48,988 nucleotides of DNA from an uncultured Flavobacteriales bacterium (lineage in GTDB: Bacteria > Bacteroidota > Bacteroidia > Flavobacteriales > UBA7312), in assembly GCA_913041085.1 (NCBI GenBank), contig CAJWHN010000004.1, positions 1 to 48,988 on the forward strand, read 5' to 3'. The notes under the pieces were generated by a model, which saw only the letters and a list, made by a program, of their open reading frames with translations, was not told the DNA's origin and did no database searches. Position 1 is the first letter of the stretch. Every line of letters starts with the position of its first letter. A program made the translations under genes and the position numbers. Shown here piece by piece: positions 48,657 to 48,988 of the stretch.

Positions 48657-48988
48657 TTAAATGTAACTTTCAATACTCTCGCATGAGCATATTAAATTTC
48701 TATCTCCAAAGGCATCGTCAACACGACTTACACTTGGCCAAAATTTATTCTCATTGATGTATGAAAGTGGAAATGCTGCTTCTTGTCTGCTGTATGGTTT
48801 TCCCCAGGCATCATTGGCTACTAAATTAATAGTGTGAGGAGCATTTTTTAAAACATTATCTTTTTCATCAGACTGTCCACTTGCTATAGCATTAATCTCA
48901 TTTCTAATAGATTTCATAGCTGCAATGAATTTATCCAATTCTTGTTTGCTTTCACTTTCTGTAGGTTCAACCATGAGTGTTCCAACAA
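48657..48988 (-). CDS. gcvP: glycine dehydrogenase (decarboxylating) P protein, C-terminal part (5'-truncated by window edge)
   Basis: GTLMVEPTESESK.ELDKF, LKNAPHT, YSR..AAFP and KFWPSVSRVDDAFGDRNLICSC. Confidence 0.96.
   Translation of the reverse strand, partial: VGTLMVEPTESESKQELDKFIAAMKSIRNEINAIASGQSDEKDNVLKNAPHTINLVANDAWGKPYSRQEAAFPLSYINENKFWPSVSRVDDAFGDRNLICSCESIESYI

Noticed and set aside
48572-48757. 61-aa plus-strand ORF
   Set aside because: It is antisense to the gcvP 3' end and the T9SS promoter region, with no supporting features.
1-48988. Prophage, insertion sequence, integron, retroelement, defence system, tRNA, rRNA or riboswitch
   Set aside because: No integrase, transposase, reverse transcriptase or defence-type nuclease ORFs were seen, and the intergenic gaps are short (largest about 175 bp) with no recognisable structured-RNA signature. 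An Infernal/Rfam scan would be the decisive check.

Overview
A compact, almost entirely housekeeping window from a Bacteroidota genome, most consistent with a streamlined Flavobacteriales (gld genes, T9SS cargo, TAnnTTTG promoters, Bacteroidota-type dcw cluster). In order it holds a PhoP/PhoR-like two-component pair, an orphan lipoprotein, a glycosyltransferase, trmB, an alkyltransferase-like protein, mrp-nfu-korAB, nadE, gldBC, yihA, an alpha/beta hydrolase, the dcw cluster (mraZ to ftsZ, then yqeY), gldDE, ssb, mutY, HU, RNase G/E, an MFS transporter, recX, prfB, an ArsC-family gene, fumC, manC, sprT, feoAB, mlaEF, two tandem paralogous T9SS-secreted proteins and the 3' end of gcvP. I found no mobile element, CRISPR array, rRNA, tRNA or defence system, and I cannot claim a clear new biological system. 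Reading outside the ORF track gave three unlisted small genes (a bS22-like ribosomal protein, a 48-aa membrane protein, a 50-aa Cys-rich lipoprotein upstream of feoAB) and two envelope pseudogenes (DUF5686-like and TonB C-terminal domain). It also gave a GC step near 2.0 kb inside the glycosyltransferase, a prfB with no programmed frameshift, MraZ and Fur-like boxes, and many promoters only 4-7 nt from the start codon. The best candidate for an undescribed module is the lipoprotein / Fur-like box / feoA-feoB-sprT unit. All family calls come from motif recognition, not database searches.
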